Of a DNA stretch of 46,657 nt, positions 30,726-40,167 are shown in pieces. The translations under genes and the position numbers were made by a program. The notes under the pieces are model-generated. The model saw only the letters and a list, made by a program, of their open reading frames with translations, did no database searches and had not been told where the DNA came from. Each line of letters starts with the position of its first letter. Position 1 is the first letter of the stretch. The stretch covers positions 1-46,657 of the forward strand of contig CAVPTY010000002.1 in NCBI GenBank assembly GCA_963708655.1, given 5' to 3'. This DNA comes from an uncultured beta proteobacterium. GTDB lineage: Bacteria > Pseudomonadota > Gammaproteobacteria > Burkholderiales > Burkholderiaceae_C.

Positions 30726-31679
30726 CTACACCGTGGCGCCCGCGTTCGGGTCGCTGGGATCCCCTTCCTTGCGGGGCTGGGACTTGACCAGGTCTTCGCG
30801 CTTGATGCCCAGCCACATGGCGATGGCCGCGGCCACGAAGACGGAGGAATAGATGCCGAACAGGATGCCGATGGTCAGGGCCATGGCGAAATAGTGCAGG
30901 GTCGGGCCGCCGAACAGCAGCATGGACAGCACCATGACCTGCGTGGAGCCGTGCGTGATGATGGTGCGGCTGATCGTCGACGTGATCGCGTTGTCGATGA
31001 TCGCCACCGTGTCCATCTTGCGGTAGCGCCGGAAGTTCTCGCGGATCCGGTCGAAGATGACCACCGACTCGTTGACGGAGTACCCGAGCACGGCCAGCAC
31101 GGCCGCCAGCACGGCCAGCGAGAACTCCCACTGGAAGAAGGCGAAGAAGCCGAGGATGATGACCACGTCGTGCAGGTTGGCGATGATCGCCGCCACCGCG
31201 AACTTCCATTCGAAGCGGACGGCCAGGTAGATCATGATCCCGGCGATCACCATCGCCAGTGCCTTGAGGCCGTCGGTGGCGAGTTCCTCGCCCACCTGCG
31301 GGCCGACGAACTCGGTGCGCCTGAGGCTGACGCCCGGATCCTGCGCCTTGAGCGCCGCCAGCACCTTCTCGCTTTGCTGGGCGGAGCTCACCCCTTTCTG
31401 CGCCGGCAGCCGGATCAGCACGTCGCGGGACGTCCCGAAGGTCTGCACCTGGACGTCGGCAAAGCCGAGCCCGGCGACCGTCTGGCGCACCTTCTCGACC
31501 TCGGCCGCCTGCGAATAGCCGACCTCCATGACGGTGCCGCCGGTGAACTCCACCGACAGGTGCAAGCCCCGGGTGACCAGGAAGAACACGGCGGCAGCGA
31601 AGGTGATGAAGGAAATCACGTTGAAGACCAACGCGTTCCTCATGAACGGGATGTCCCGGCGGATTCGAAAGAACTCCAC
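30726..31679 (-). CDS. secF: Protein translocase subunit SecF
   Basis: EFTGGT, VGPQVG, LHDV and GYSVNESVVIFDRIRE motifs. Confidence 0.96.
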   Translation of the reverse strand: MEFFRIRRDIPFMRNALVFNVISFITFAAAVFFLVTRGLHLSVEFTGGTVMEVGYSQAAEVEKVRQTVAGLGFADVQVQTFGTSRDVLIRLPAQKGVSSAQQSEKVLAALKAQDPGVSLRRTEFVGPQVGEELATDGLKALAMVIAGIMIYLAVRFEWKFAVAAIIANLHDVVIILGFFAFFQWEFSLAVLAAVLAVLGYSVNESVVIFDRIRENFRRYRKMDTVAIIDNAITSTISRTIITHGSTQVMVLSMLLFGGPTLHYFAMALTIGILFGIYSSVFVAAAIAMWLGIKREDLVKSQPRKEGDPSDPNAGATV

Positions 31680-31695
31680 GTGAATGCCTTCTGCC

Positions 31696-33579
31696 TTACT
31701 CGGCCTTGGTTATAGCCGCATCCGCCTGGGGACGCCAGACCGTGCCGATCGAGACCGACTTCAATTTCTTCTTCCGGCCGTACCAGAAGTTCACCAGCCC
31801 GCGCGAGAAGAACACCGCGGAGAACATCGACGTCAGGATGCCGATGCAGTGCACCACCGCGAAACCGCGCACCGGCCCGGAGCCGAAGATCAGCAGGGCC
31901 ACGCCGGCGATCAAGGTGGTGATGTTCGAATCGAAAATCGTCCCCCACGCCCGCTCGTAGCCGGTATTGATGGCGGCCTGCGGCGAGGCGCCATTGCGCA
32001 GCTCCTCCCGCACCCGTTCGTTGATCAGCACGTTCGAGTCGATGGCCATGCCCAGCGCGAGGGCCATGGCCGCCATGCCGGGCAGGGTCAGGGTGGCCTG
32101 CAACATGGAGAGCACTGCCACCAGCAGCAGCAGGTTCACGCCCAGCGCGACCGACGAGAACACGCCGAACAGCATGTAATACGCGATCATGAAGACGCAG
32201 ATGGCCAGGAAGCCCCAGGCGACGCTCTGGAAACCCTTCTCGATGTTTTCCTTGCCCAGGCTCGGGCCGATGGTGAATTCCTCGATGATCTCCATCGGCG
32301 CCGCCAGCGAGCCGGAGCGCAGCAGCAGGGCCACGTCGTTGGCCTCGACGGTGGTCATCCGGCCCGAGATCTGGACCCGGCCGCCGCCGATCTCGCTGCG
32401 GATCACCGGCGCCGTGACGACCTCACCCTTGCCCTTCTCGAACAGCAGGATCGCCATGCGCTTGCCGATGTTCTCGCGCGTGATGTCCTTGAAGATCCGC
32501 GCGCCCTTGGCGTCCAGCGTCAGGTGCACCGCCGGCTCCTGGGTCTGGCTGTCGAAACCGGCCTGCGCGTCGGTGAGGTTGTCGCCGGTGAGGACGACCT
32601 GCTTCTTCACGACCACCGGCTGGCCGCCGCGCTCGATGTACTTTTCCGCGCCGAACGGCACCGGTCCGGTGCCCAGTTCGGCGGCCCGGGCCTCGGCGCT
32701 CTCGTCCACCATTCGCACTTCCAGCGTCGCGGTGCGGCCCAGGATGTCCTTGGCCTTGGCGGTGTCCTGCACCCCGGGCAGCTGCACCACGATCCGGTCC
32801 AGTCCCTGCTGCTGGATCACCGGCTCGGCGACGCCGAGCTCGTTGATCCGGTTGTGCAGGGTCACCATGTTCTGGCGCACCGCCTGCTCCTGCACGAGGC
32901 GGGCCGCTTCCGGCTTGATGCTGCCCACCACCTTGAATTCCGTGCCGTCCGGCGTTTCCGCCACCTGCAGGTCGGGGAACTGGTCGGCAATGACGGCGCG
33001 AGCCTGTTGCAGCGTCTGGGCATCGCGCAGCCGCACTTCCACCGTCTGGCCGTTGCGGGTGATGCCGCCATGGCGGATGTTCTTCTCGCGCAGCACCGTG
33101 CGCAGATCGCCGGCCAGCGACTCCGCCTTCTTCGTCAGCGCCGCCTGCATGTCGACTTGCAGCATGAAGTGGACGCCGCCGCGCAGGTCCAGGCCGAGGT
33201 ACATCGGGGCCGCATGGAGCGCGGACAGCCACCGCGGCGAGCCCGAGATCAGGTTGAGGGCGACGATGTACGCCGGGTCGGCCGGGTCGGAGACCAGCGC
33301 CCGCTGGATCGCATCCTTGGCCTTGAGCTGGGTGTCGGTGCTGTCCAGGCGCACCTTGACCGAAGCCGTATCCAGCGTCACCGCTTGCGGCCGGATGCCC
33401 GCACCCGCGAGCGCCCGCTCGATGCGTTCGCGCGTGGCGCCGTCCACCTTGACGGTGGCCTTGGCCGACGAGACCTGCACCGCGGGTGCCTCGCCGAAGA
33501 AGTTCGGAAGCGTGTAGATCGCCCCCACGAGCAGCGCGATCACGAGGATCGCGTATTTCCAGGCCGGGTATCGGTTCAT
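31696..33579 (-). CDS. secD: Protein translocase subunit SecD
   Basis: LGLDLRGG, RINELGVAEP, IGPSLG and DSNVLINERVREE motifs. Confidence 0.96.
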   Translation of the reverse strand: MNRYPAWKYAILVIALLVGAIYTLPNFFGEAPAVQVSSAKATVKVDGATRERIERALAGAGIRPQAVTLDTASVKVRLDSTDTQLKAKDAIQRALVSDPADPAYIVALNLISGSPRWLSALHAAPMYLGLDLRGGVHFMLQVDMQAALTKKAESLAGDLRTVLREKNIRHGGITRNGQTVEVRLRDAQTLQQARAVIADQFPDLQVAETPDGTEFKVVGSIKPEAARLVQEQAVRQNMVTLHNRINELGVAEPVIQQQGLDRIVVQLPGVQDTAKAKDILGRTATLEVRMVDESAEARAAELGTGPVPFGAEKYIERGGQPVVVKKQVVLTGDNLTDAQAGFDSQTQEPAVHLTLDAKGARIFKDITRENIGKRMAILLFEKGKGEVVTAPVIRSEIGGGRVQISGRMTTVEANDVALLLRSGSLAAPMEIIEEFTIGPSLGKENIEKGFQSVAWGFLAICVFMIAYYMLFGVFSSVALGVNLLLLVAVLSMLQATLTLPGMAAMALALGMAIDSNVLINERVREELRNGASPQAAINTGYERAWGTIFDSNITTLIAGVALLIFGSGPVRGFAVVHCIGILTSMFSAVFFSRGLVNFWYGRKKKLKSVSIGTVWRPQADAAITKAE

Positions 33580-33636
33580 GAATATCGAGTGCAGGAAGAC
33601 AAAGGTCGCGTGGCGCGCGGCACCCGCGCGCTCACC

Positions 33637-33957
33637 TTACTTGATGCTTCCCTTCGGCAGGACCTGCACCACGGCAGTCCGCTGCACCTGCACCTCGATG
33701 CCGTTGGCGATCTCCAGGCCCAGGTACGCGTCGCCCAGCTTGGTGACCTTGCCCAGGAGACCCCCCGCGGTGGCCACTTCGTCGCCCTTGGCCAGCGCGT
33801 CGATCATGGCCCGGTGTTCCTTCTGCCGCTTCATCTGGGGCCGGATCATGACGAAATACAGCACCACGAACATCAGCACCAGGGGCAGCATGCTCATGAG
33901 GGAGGACTGCATGTCGCCGCCGGCGGCGGTTTGGGCATAGGCGGTGGAAATGAACAC
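33637..33957 (-). CDS. yajC: Preprotein translocase subunit YajC
   Basis: YFVMIRPQ and GDEVATAGG motifs; TACAAT -10-like element at 34029-34034. Confidence 0.95.
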   Translation of the reverse strand: MFISTAYAQTAAGGDMQSSLMSMLPLVLMFVVLYFVMIRPQMKRQKEHRAMIDALAKGDEVATAGGLLGKVTKLGDAYLGLEIANGIEVQVQRTAVVQVLPKGSIK

Positions 33958-34055
33958 TTTGGCTCCAGGAAGAGAGTCGAATCGGCACGGTCAAGCTGCC
34001 GGCACGGATGCCGGCGGCGGAACCAGGAATTGTATGACGCGGGCCGGCCGCACCC

Positions 34056-37000
34056 TCAGGCGGCCTGGCGGGTGGCCGCCGGCTGCTGCCACTGCTGCAG
34101 CAGTTGCTGCCATTGCACCCGCGCTGCCGTCAGATTGCGCGCCTTCACATGCCCGAAGCCCTTGATCTGGTCGGGGATGCGCGCGATGTCGACCGCGAGC
34201 GCATGGTTGCCGGCATTCAACCCGGCCAGCACCTGCTCGATGCTGGCGCGGTACTCGCCGACCAGCGCACGCTCGCTGCGCCGCTCTTCGGTGCGGCCGA
34301 AGATGTCCAGCGGGGTGCCGCGCAGGCCCTTGAGCCTCGCCAGGACCTTGAACACGCCGAACATCGCCGGGCCGTACTTGCGCTTGACCAGTTCGCCCTT
34401 GTCGTTGCGCTTGGCCACCAGCGGCGGCGCCAGGTGGTAGTGCACCTGAAAGTCGCCCTCGAACAGCTCGGAAATCCGGTCCCGGAAGCCGGTTTCGGCG
34501 TGCAGGCGGGCGACCTCGTATTCATCCTTGTACGCCATCAGCTTGAACAGGTTCCTGGCTACGGCCTCGCTGAGCGTCGTGCGGCCCAGCGCGGTTTCGG
34601 CGGCGCGAACCTTCTCGATGAAGTCCCGATAGGCAGCGGCATAGGCGTCATTCTGATAGGCCGTCAGGAACTCGACCCGGCGGGCCACGACGCTCTCGAG
34701 CGTTTCGCGCTTGCGCAGCTCGACCACCTGCGCCGGCGTGACCAGCTTCTCGACCGCGTCGGGGGTGTGCGCGGCCTGGCGCCCCCATTCGAAGGCGCTC
34801 TTGTTGTTCTCGACGGCGACGCCGTTCAGCTCCATCGCGCGCAGCAGCGATTCGCGGCCCAGCGGGATCAGCCCCTTCTGCCAGGCGTAGCCGAGCAACA
34901 TCGGGTTGGCATAGATGCAGTCGCCCATCAGCCTGGTGGCGGCCACCTCGGTGTTGAACGACGCGACGGACTGCGCACCGACGGCCTTGGCGATCTCGGC
35001 GGCACAGGCCTGTGCCGGGATTGGCCCAGTTCGGCGTTCTTCACGAAGGCGGCCGTCGGCGTGCTGTACGAGTTGAGGGCGACCATACGTGCGGCCTTCG
35101 CGCATGCACAGCCAGCGTCTCTTGCTGGCGGCGACGATCGGGTCGCAGCCGATCACCAGGTCGGCGTCGGCGGTGCCGACGCTGGTGGTGCGGATCGTCG
35201 TCGGCGTGGTTCGCGATCTGGATGTGGCTCCAGGTCGCGCCGCCTTTCTGCGCCAGGCCCGCGGAGTCCTGCGTGACGATGCCCTTGCCTTCGAGGTGGG
35301 CCGCCATGCCCAGCAGCTGGCCGATCGTGATCACGCCGGTGCCGCCGACGCCGGCCACCAGGATGCCGTAGGCGCCGCACACCGCCGGCAGCTGCGGCTC
35401 GGGCAGCGGCCGAGCTCGGCCGGCGACAGCGCCTTGCCCCTGGCCTTCTTCTTCAGCTGGCCGCCTTCGACCGTGACGAAGCTGGGGCAGAAGCCCTTGA
35501 GGCAGCTCGTGTCCTTGTTGCAGGTGCTCTGGTTGATCGCGCGCTTGCGGCCGAACTCCGTTTCCAGCGGTTCCACCGACAGGCAGTTGCTCTTGGCGCT
35601 GCAGTCGCCGCAGCCTTCGCAGACCAGGTCGTTGATGACGACGCGCACGGCCGGGTCGACCATGGTGCCGCGCTTGCGGCGGCGCCGCTTCTCGGTGGCG
35701 CAGGTCTGGTCGTAGATGATCACCGTGCAGCCCTTGACCTCGCGCAGCTCGCGCTGGGTGCGATCGAGCTGGTCGCGGTGCCGCACCTCCACATCGGCGG
35801 GCAGCTTGGCGTGCTCGTACTTCTGCGGCTCGTCGGTCACGATCAGCACGCGCACCGCGCCCTCGGCGATCATGCTCTGCGCGATCTGCAGCACCGAGTG
35901 GCCTTCGGGGCGCTCGCCGACCCGCTGGCCGCCGGTCATCGCCACCGCGTCGTTGTAGAGGATCTTGTAGGTGATGTTCACGCCGGCGGCCACCGACTGG
36001 CGGATCGCCAGCAGGCCGCTGTGGAAGTAGGTGCCGTCGCCGATGTTGGCGAACACGTGCTGCTCCTTCGAGAACGGCTGCTGGCCGACCCACGGCACGC
36101 CCTCGCCGCCCATCTGCGTGAAGCCGACCGTCGCCCGGTCCATCCAGATGGACATGAAGTGGCAGCCGATGCCGGCCATGGCGCGCGAGCCTTCCGGCAC
36201 CACGGTGGACGTGTTGTGCGGGCAGCCGGAGCAGAACCACGGCATGCGCTCGGACTTGACTTCCAGCACCTGCATGGCCCGCTCCTTGGCCTCCAGGATC
36301 GCCAGCTGCGCATCCATCCGCGCGGCGATGCCGGCGTCCACGCCGAGCTTGCGCAGGCGCTCGGCGATGGCGCGGGCGATCTGCGGCGGCGACAGTTCCG
36401 CGTTGGCGCGCAGCAGCGTGTTGGCCGCCGGGTTCGCCAGCGACCATTCGCCGCCGGAGTGGCCGCGCTCGTCGTCACGGAACTTGCCGACGACCTTGGG
36501 CCGCGCCGCATCCGGCCAGTCGTACAGCTGTTCCTTGAGCTGGTACTCGATCATCTGGCGCTTTTCCTCGACCACCAGGATCTCGCGCAAGCCGCGAGCG
36601 AATTCGTGGGTGCCTTGCGCCTCGAGCGGCCAGACCACGTTCACCTTGTGCAGCCGGATGCCGAGGTGGCGGCAGGTCTCGTCGTCCAGCCCCAGGTCCA
36701 GCAGCGCCTGGCGCGTGTCGTTCCAGGCCTTGCCGCTGGCGATGATGCCGAAGCGGTCGCCGGGTCCTTCGATGACGTTGTAATTGAGCCGGTTGGCGCG
36801 GATGTAGGCGAGCGCGGCGTACCACTTGTAGTCGAACAGGCGCGCTTCCTGTTCCAGCGGCGCGTCCGGCCACCGGATGTGCAGGCCGCCGGGCGGCATC
36901 TCGAAGTCGGTCGGGATGCGGATCTCGACCCGGTCCGGATCGATCATCGCGGTGGCGGCGGATTCGACGATCTCCTGGATCGTCTTCATGCCGGCCCAGA

Positions 37001-37619
37001 CGCTGGCATAGCGGCTGAGGGCGAAGGCATGGATGCCCAGGTCGAGGATCTCCTGTACCGACGACGGGAAGAACACCGGCAGGCCGCAGGCCTTGAAGAT
37101 ATGGTCGCTCTGGTGGGCGGCCGTCGAGCTCTTGGCCACGTGGTCGTCGCCGGCGACGGCGATCACGCCGCCCCAGGGCGTGGTGCCGGCCATGGTGGCG
37201 TGCTTGAACACGTCGCCGGAGCGGTCGACGCCCGGGCCCTTGCCGTACCAGATGCCGAAGACGCCGTCGAACTTGTGGGTCCCCGGCGGCGTGAAGCCCA
37301 GTTGCTGCGTGCCCCACAGCGCGGTGGCGGCGAGTTCCTCGTTGACGCCCGGCTGGAAGACGATGTTCTGCGCCTTGAGGTACTTGTCGGCCTTCCACAG
37401 CGCCTGGTCGTAGCCGCCCAGCGGCGAGCCGCGATAGCCGCTGATGAAGCCGGCCGTGTTCTTTCCGACCTTGGCGTCGCGCAGCCGCTGCAGCATCGGC
37501 AGCTTCACCAGCGCCTGCACGCCGCTCATGAAGGCACGGCCGTAGTCCAGCGAATACTTGTCGTCCAGCGTGACGGTCTCGAGGGCCTTGCGGATATGTT
37601 CAGGCAGGGGAGCGTTCAT
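34056..37619 (-). CDS. Fused indolepyruvate:ferredoxin oxidoreductase family protein, several apparent frameshifts at ~35000-35420
   Basis: SGYRGSPLGG, FCSGCPHN, GDGTYFHSG (TPP), CEGCGDC, GVGGTGV, GLAQKGG, KLMAYKDEYEVARL and IKGFGHVK motifs. Confidence 0.9.
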
Positions 37620-37784
37620 CGACTTCGTGTCTCCATGTCGGGCCCTGGGCCCCGGACGCGTTTCGGACCGGCGCTCGAGCCGTGGGGCAGTTACGGCAAC
37701 TGCACAGTGTATGACCGCCGTGCGGGAAAGTCTCGCGTGGGGATGTCGCCCCAGCGGCAGATACCAAAGGCTGACAGCGCCGGC

Positions 37785-38189
37785 TCACTCGCGAACGCAG
37801 CGGGCGACCAGTGGCGGTTCCGCGTAACGCAGGATGGCCTCGTTGCCAGCGGCGCCGAGGCCGAACTCCGCCTTCAACCCGTCATTGCTGTAGACCGTGT
37901 GCTGCGGCGTCACGCCGCCGGCGTCGCGCAGCAGCACGTGGCGGCCGCGCGCACCGGCATCGATGGTGACGGAGTCGTCGCCGTACTGCACCGTGAAGGC
38001 GATGCCGTGATCGCAGCGATACCGTGGCAGGCCTGCGGCGGCGGGCGCGCTGGCGGGCGCCACCGCGGAAGCCGGGGCGGACGCGGGCGGCGCCTGGGGC
38101 GCCGCCGTGCAGGCGCCGAGCACGGCGGCGGCCAGTGCGGCGGCCGACACGGCCCGGCGGCATGGAGTGACTGGGAGGCTCGTCACCAT
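37785..38189 (-). CDS. Small lipoprotein with an MliC/PliC-like two-Cys beta domain
   Basis: Lipobox LGAC, Pro/Ala linker, YRC...RC Cys pair; canonical SGxxY motif absent. Confidence 0.6.
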   Translation of the reverse strand: MVTSLPVTPCRRAVSAAALAAAVLGACTAAPQAPPASAPASAVAPASAPAAAGLPRYRCDHGIAFTVQYGDDSVTIDAGARGRHVLLRDAGGVTPQHTVYSNDGLKAEFGLGAAGNEAILRYAEPPLVARCVRE

Positions 38190-38270
38190 GGCGCCATTGT
38201 GCGGCCGCAAGCGGCCGCGGTGGCTCGCGCGCAAGCCCCGCCCGCCAGTGAGTCACGCGCAGCCGGAAAT

Positions 38271-39422
38271 TCACCGGGACGGCTGGCGCGGCCACAGCAC
38301 CCACAGGCGCAGCGGCTGCTTGAGGCGGCCGGCCAGTTCGCCCGCCTCGGCGCCCCAGCCGGCGAAGAAGTCGGCCCGCACCGCGCCCACGATCGCGCTG
38401 CCGGTGTCCTGGGCCAGCACCAGGCGCTTGAGGTCGACCACCGGCCCGCTCGACGCGAGCCACACCGGCGCGCCGTAAGGGATGCTCTCGCGGTCGACCG
38501 CGATCGAGCGGCCGGGCGTCAGCGGCACGCCTTGCGCGCCGCGCGGCCCGAACGCGGCGTCCAGCGGCGACAGCGGCTCCTCGCGAAAGAAGATCGTGCG
38601 CGGATTGCTCCACAGCATCTCCTGCACGCGCTGCGGGTTGCGCGCCACCCAGGCGCGGATGCCGGGCCAGGAGGCGTCGCGCAGCGCGCCCTGCTGCAGC
38701 AGCCAGCCGCCGACGCTGCGGTACGGATGCTCGTTGCTGCCGGCGAACGCCAGCCGCACCAGCCGGTGACTGCCGTCGCTTTCCGTGATCCGCACCCGCC
38801 CCGACCCCTGGATCTGCAGCACCAGCGCGTCGACCGGATCGGCCAGGTAGCCGATCTCGCGCCCGCGCAGCGCCGCCAGCGCCTCCGGCAGCGTGTCGAT
38901 CTCCTGGCGCGAATACCAGGGGCGGCGGCTGGCGAGCGTCGCCGGCGGGCGGTACAGCGGCACGGTGTGCGTCGCCGTCGGCTGGCGGCTGGCTTCCAGC
39001 AGCGGCTCGTAGTACCCGGTCAGCAGTCCCTCGGCCGGGCCGTCCAACGGCTCCACCCGGTACGGCTGCAGCTGCTCGATCATCCAGGCGCGCTGCTCGT
39101 CCGCCGAACCCAGCATCAGCCGGCGCACTTGCGGGCACAGCGGCACAAACGCCGCGGGCGGCCGCTCGCAGCTGCGCACCCAGGCGTTCCACGCCTCGTG
39201 CAGCGGGTCGTCGCCGAAACCCGGCAGTTCGGACCACGGCGCCGGCACCCAGCGGCTGCGGCCCTGGGTCAGGACGGCGCCCGGCGCTTGCGCGGCAGGC
39301 GCGGTGGCAGCGGCCGGCGCCGCGTCCGGCGGCGAAAGCGGCACGCTGGAACACGCGGCGAGCGCTCCTACAATCGACGCCTCCACCGCCCACACGCGCA
39401 ACGCACCAAGGAACCGGTTCAT
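38271..39422 (-). CDS. mltA: Membrane-bound lytic murein transglycosylase A
   Basis: Lipobox LAAC; TGYYEP, QIQGSG, SIAVD and AQDTGSAI.G..RADFF (3D domain). Confidence 0.93.
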   Translation of the reverse strand: MNRFLGALRVWAVEASIVGALAACSSVPLSPPDAAPAAATAPAAQAPGAVLTQGRSRWVPAPWSELPGFGDDPLHEAWNAWVRSCERPPAAFVPLCPQVRRLMLGSADEQRAWMIEQLQPYRVEPLDGPAEGLLTGYYEPLLEASRQPTATHTVPLYRPPATLASRRPWYSRQEIDTLPEALAALRGREIGYLADPVDALVLQIQGSGRVRITESDGSHRLVRLAFAGSNEHPYRSVGGWLLQQGALRDASWPGIRAWVARNPQRVQEMLWSNPRTIFFREEPLSPLDAAFGPRGAQGVPLTPGRSIAVDRESIPYGAPVWLASSGPVVDLKRLVLAQDTGSAIVGAVRADFFAGWGAEAGELAGRLKQPLRLWVLWPRQPSR

Positions 39423-39537
39423 GCTGCTGATCCTGCTGGAAGCGCTGCTCGCCCTGGGGCTGCTGCTGCTGATCGTGTGGTGGACCATGTTCTCCGGGCG
39501 CAGCAAGGGCGAGCCGCGACGCGACGACGAGCCCTGA
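39421..39537 (+). CDS. 38-aa single-TM microprotein
   Basis: MLLILLEALLALGLLLLIVWWTMFSGRSKGEPRRDDEP; AAGGA SD-like motif upstream, CTG-rich host-like codons, TACAAT at 39369-39374. Confidence 0.65.
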   Translation: MLLILLEALLALGLLLLIVWWTMFSGRSKGEPRRDDEP

Positions 39538-39540
39538 GCA

Positions 39541-40167
39541 TCACGGCCGCCGGAGCATGTTGGCGAGCTCGACGGCGGACTTCACGTCCATCTTGTCGAA
39601 GACCCGGGCCCGGTGCACTTCCACCGTGCGCACGCTGATGTCGAGCTGGTCCGCGATCAGCTTGTTGGGCAGCCCCTCGACCACCAGCCGCATCACGTCG
39701 CGCTCGCGCCCGGTGAGTTCTGTCAGGCGCGCCTGCAGCATCCGTTGCCGGTGCCGCTCCTGCAGCACTTCGGCCGAGCGCCGCAGCGCCTGTTCGACCC
39801 GGTCGACCAGCGCATTGTCGGAGAACGGCTTCTCGCAGAAATCGAAGGCGCCGCGCTTGACCATGGTCACCGCCGTCGGCACGTCGGCGTGGCCGCTGAG
39901 GAAGATCACCGGCATCACGTGCGCCAGTTCCCGCTCGACCAGCTTGTCGAACAGAGCGAGCCCGCTCATGCCGGGCATCCGGACGTCGAGCAGCAGGCAG
40001 CAAGGCCGCGTCGGCTGCCATCCTTCCTCGAGCATCGCGTCGAACTCCGCGGCCCCGGGGAAGACTTCGCTCAGCAGGTGCCGCGAGCGCAACAGCCAGG
40101 CCAGCGCCTCGCGGACGCTGGCATCGTCGTCGACGATGAACACGGTGGCATCGGTCGCGGGCTGCAT
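39541..40167 (-). CDS. FixJ/LuxR-family response regulator (DctR-like)
   Basis: IVDDD, LLDVRMPG and KPF receiver motifs; LuxR HTH NKLIADQLDISVRTVEVHR. Confidence 0.92.
   Translation of the reverse strand: MQPATDATVFIVDDDASVREALAWLLRSRHLLSEVFPGAAEFDAMLEEGWQPTRPCCLLLDVRMPGMSGLALFDKLVERELAHVMPVIFLSGHADVPTAVTMVKRGAFDFCEKPFSDNALVDRVEQALRRSAEVLQERHRQRMLQARLTELTGRERDVMRLVVEGLPNKLIADQLDISVRTVEVHRARVFDKMDVKSAVELANMLRRP

Noticed and set aside
35000-35420. Split alpha/beta subunits or pseudogene of the oxidoreductase
   Set aside because: Conserved sequence continues across about six single-base indels, consistent with a low-quality stretch of one fused gene.
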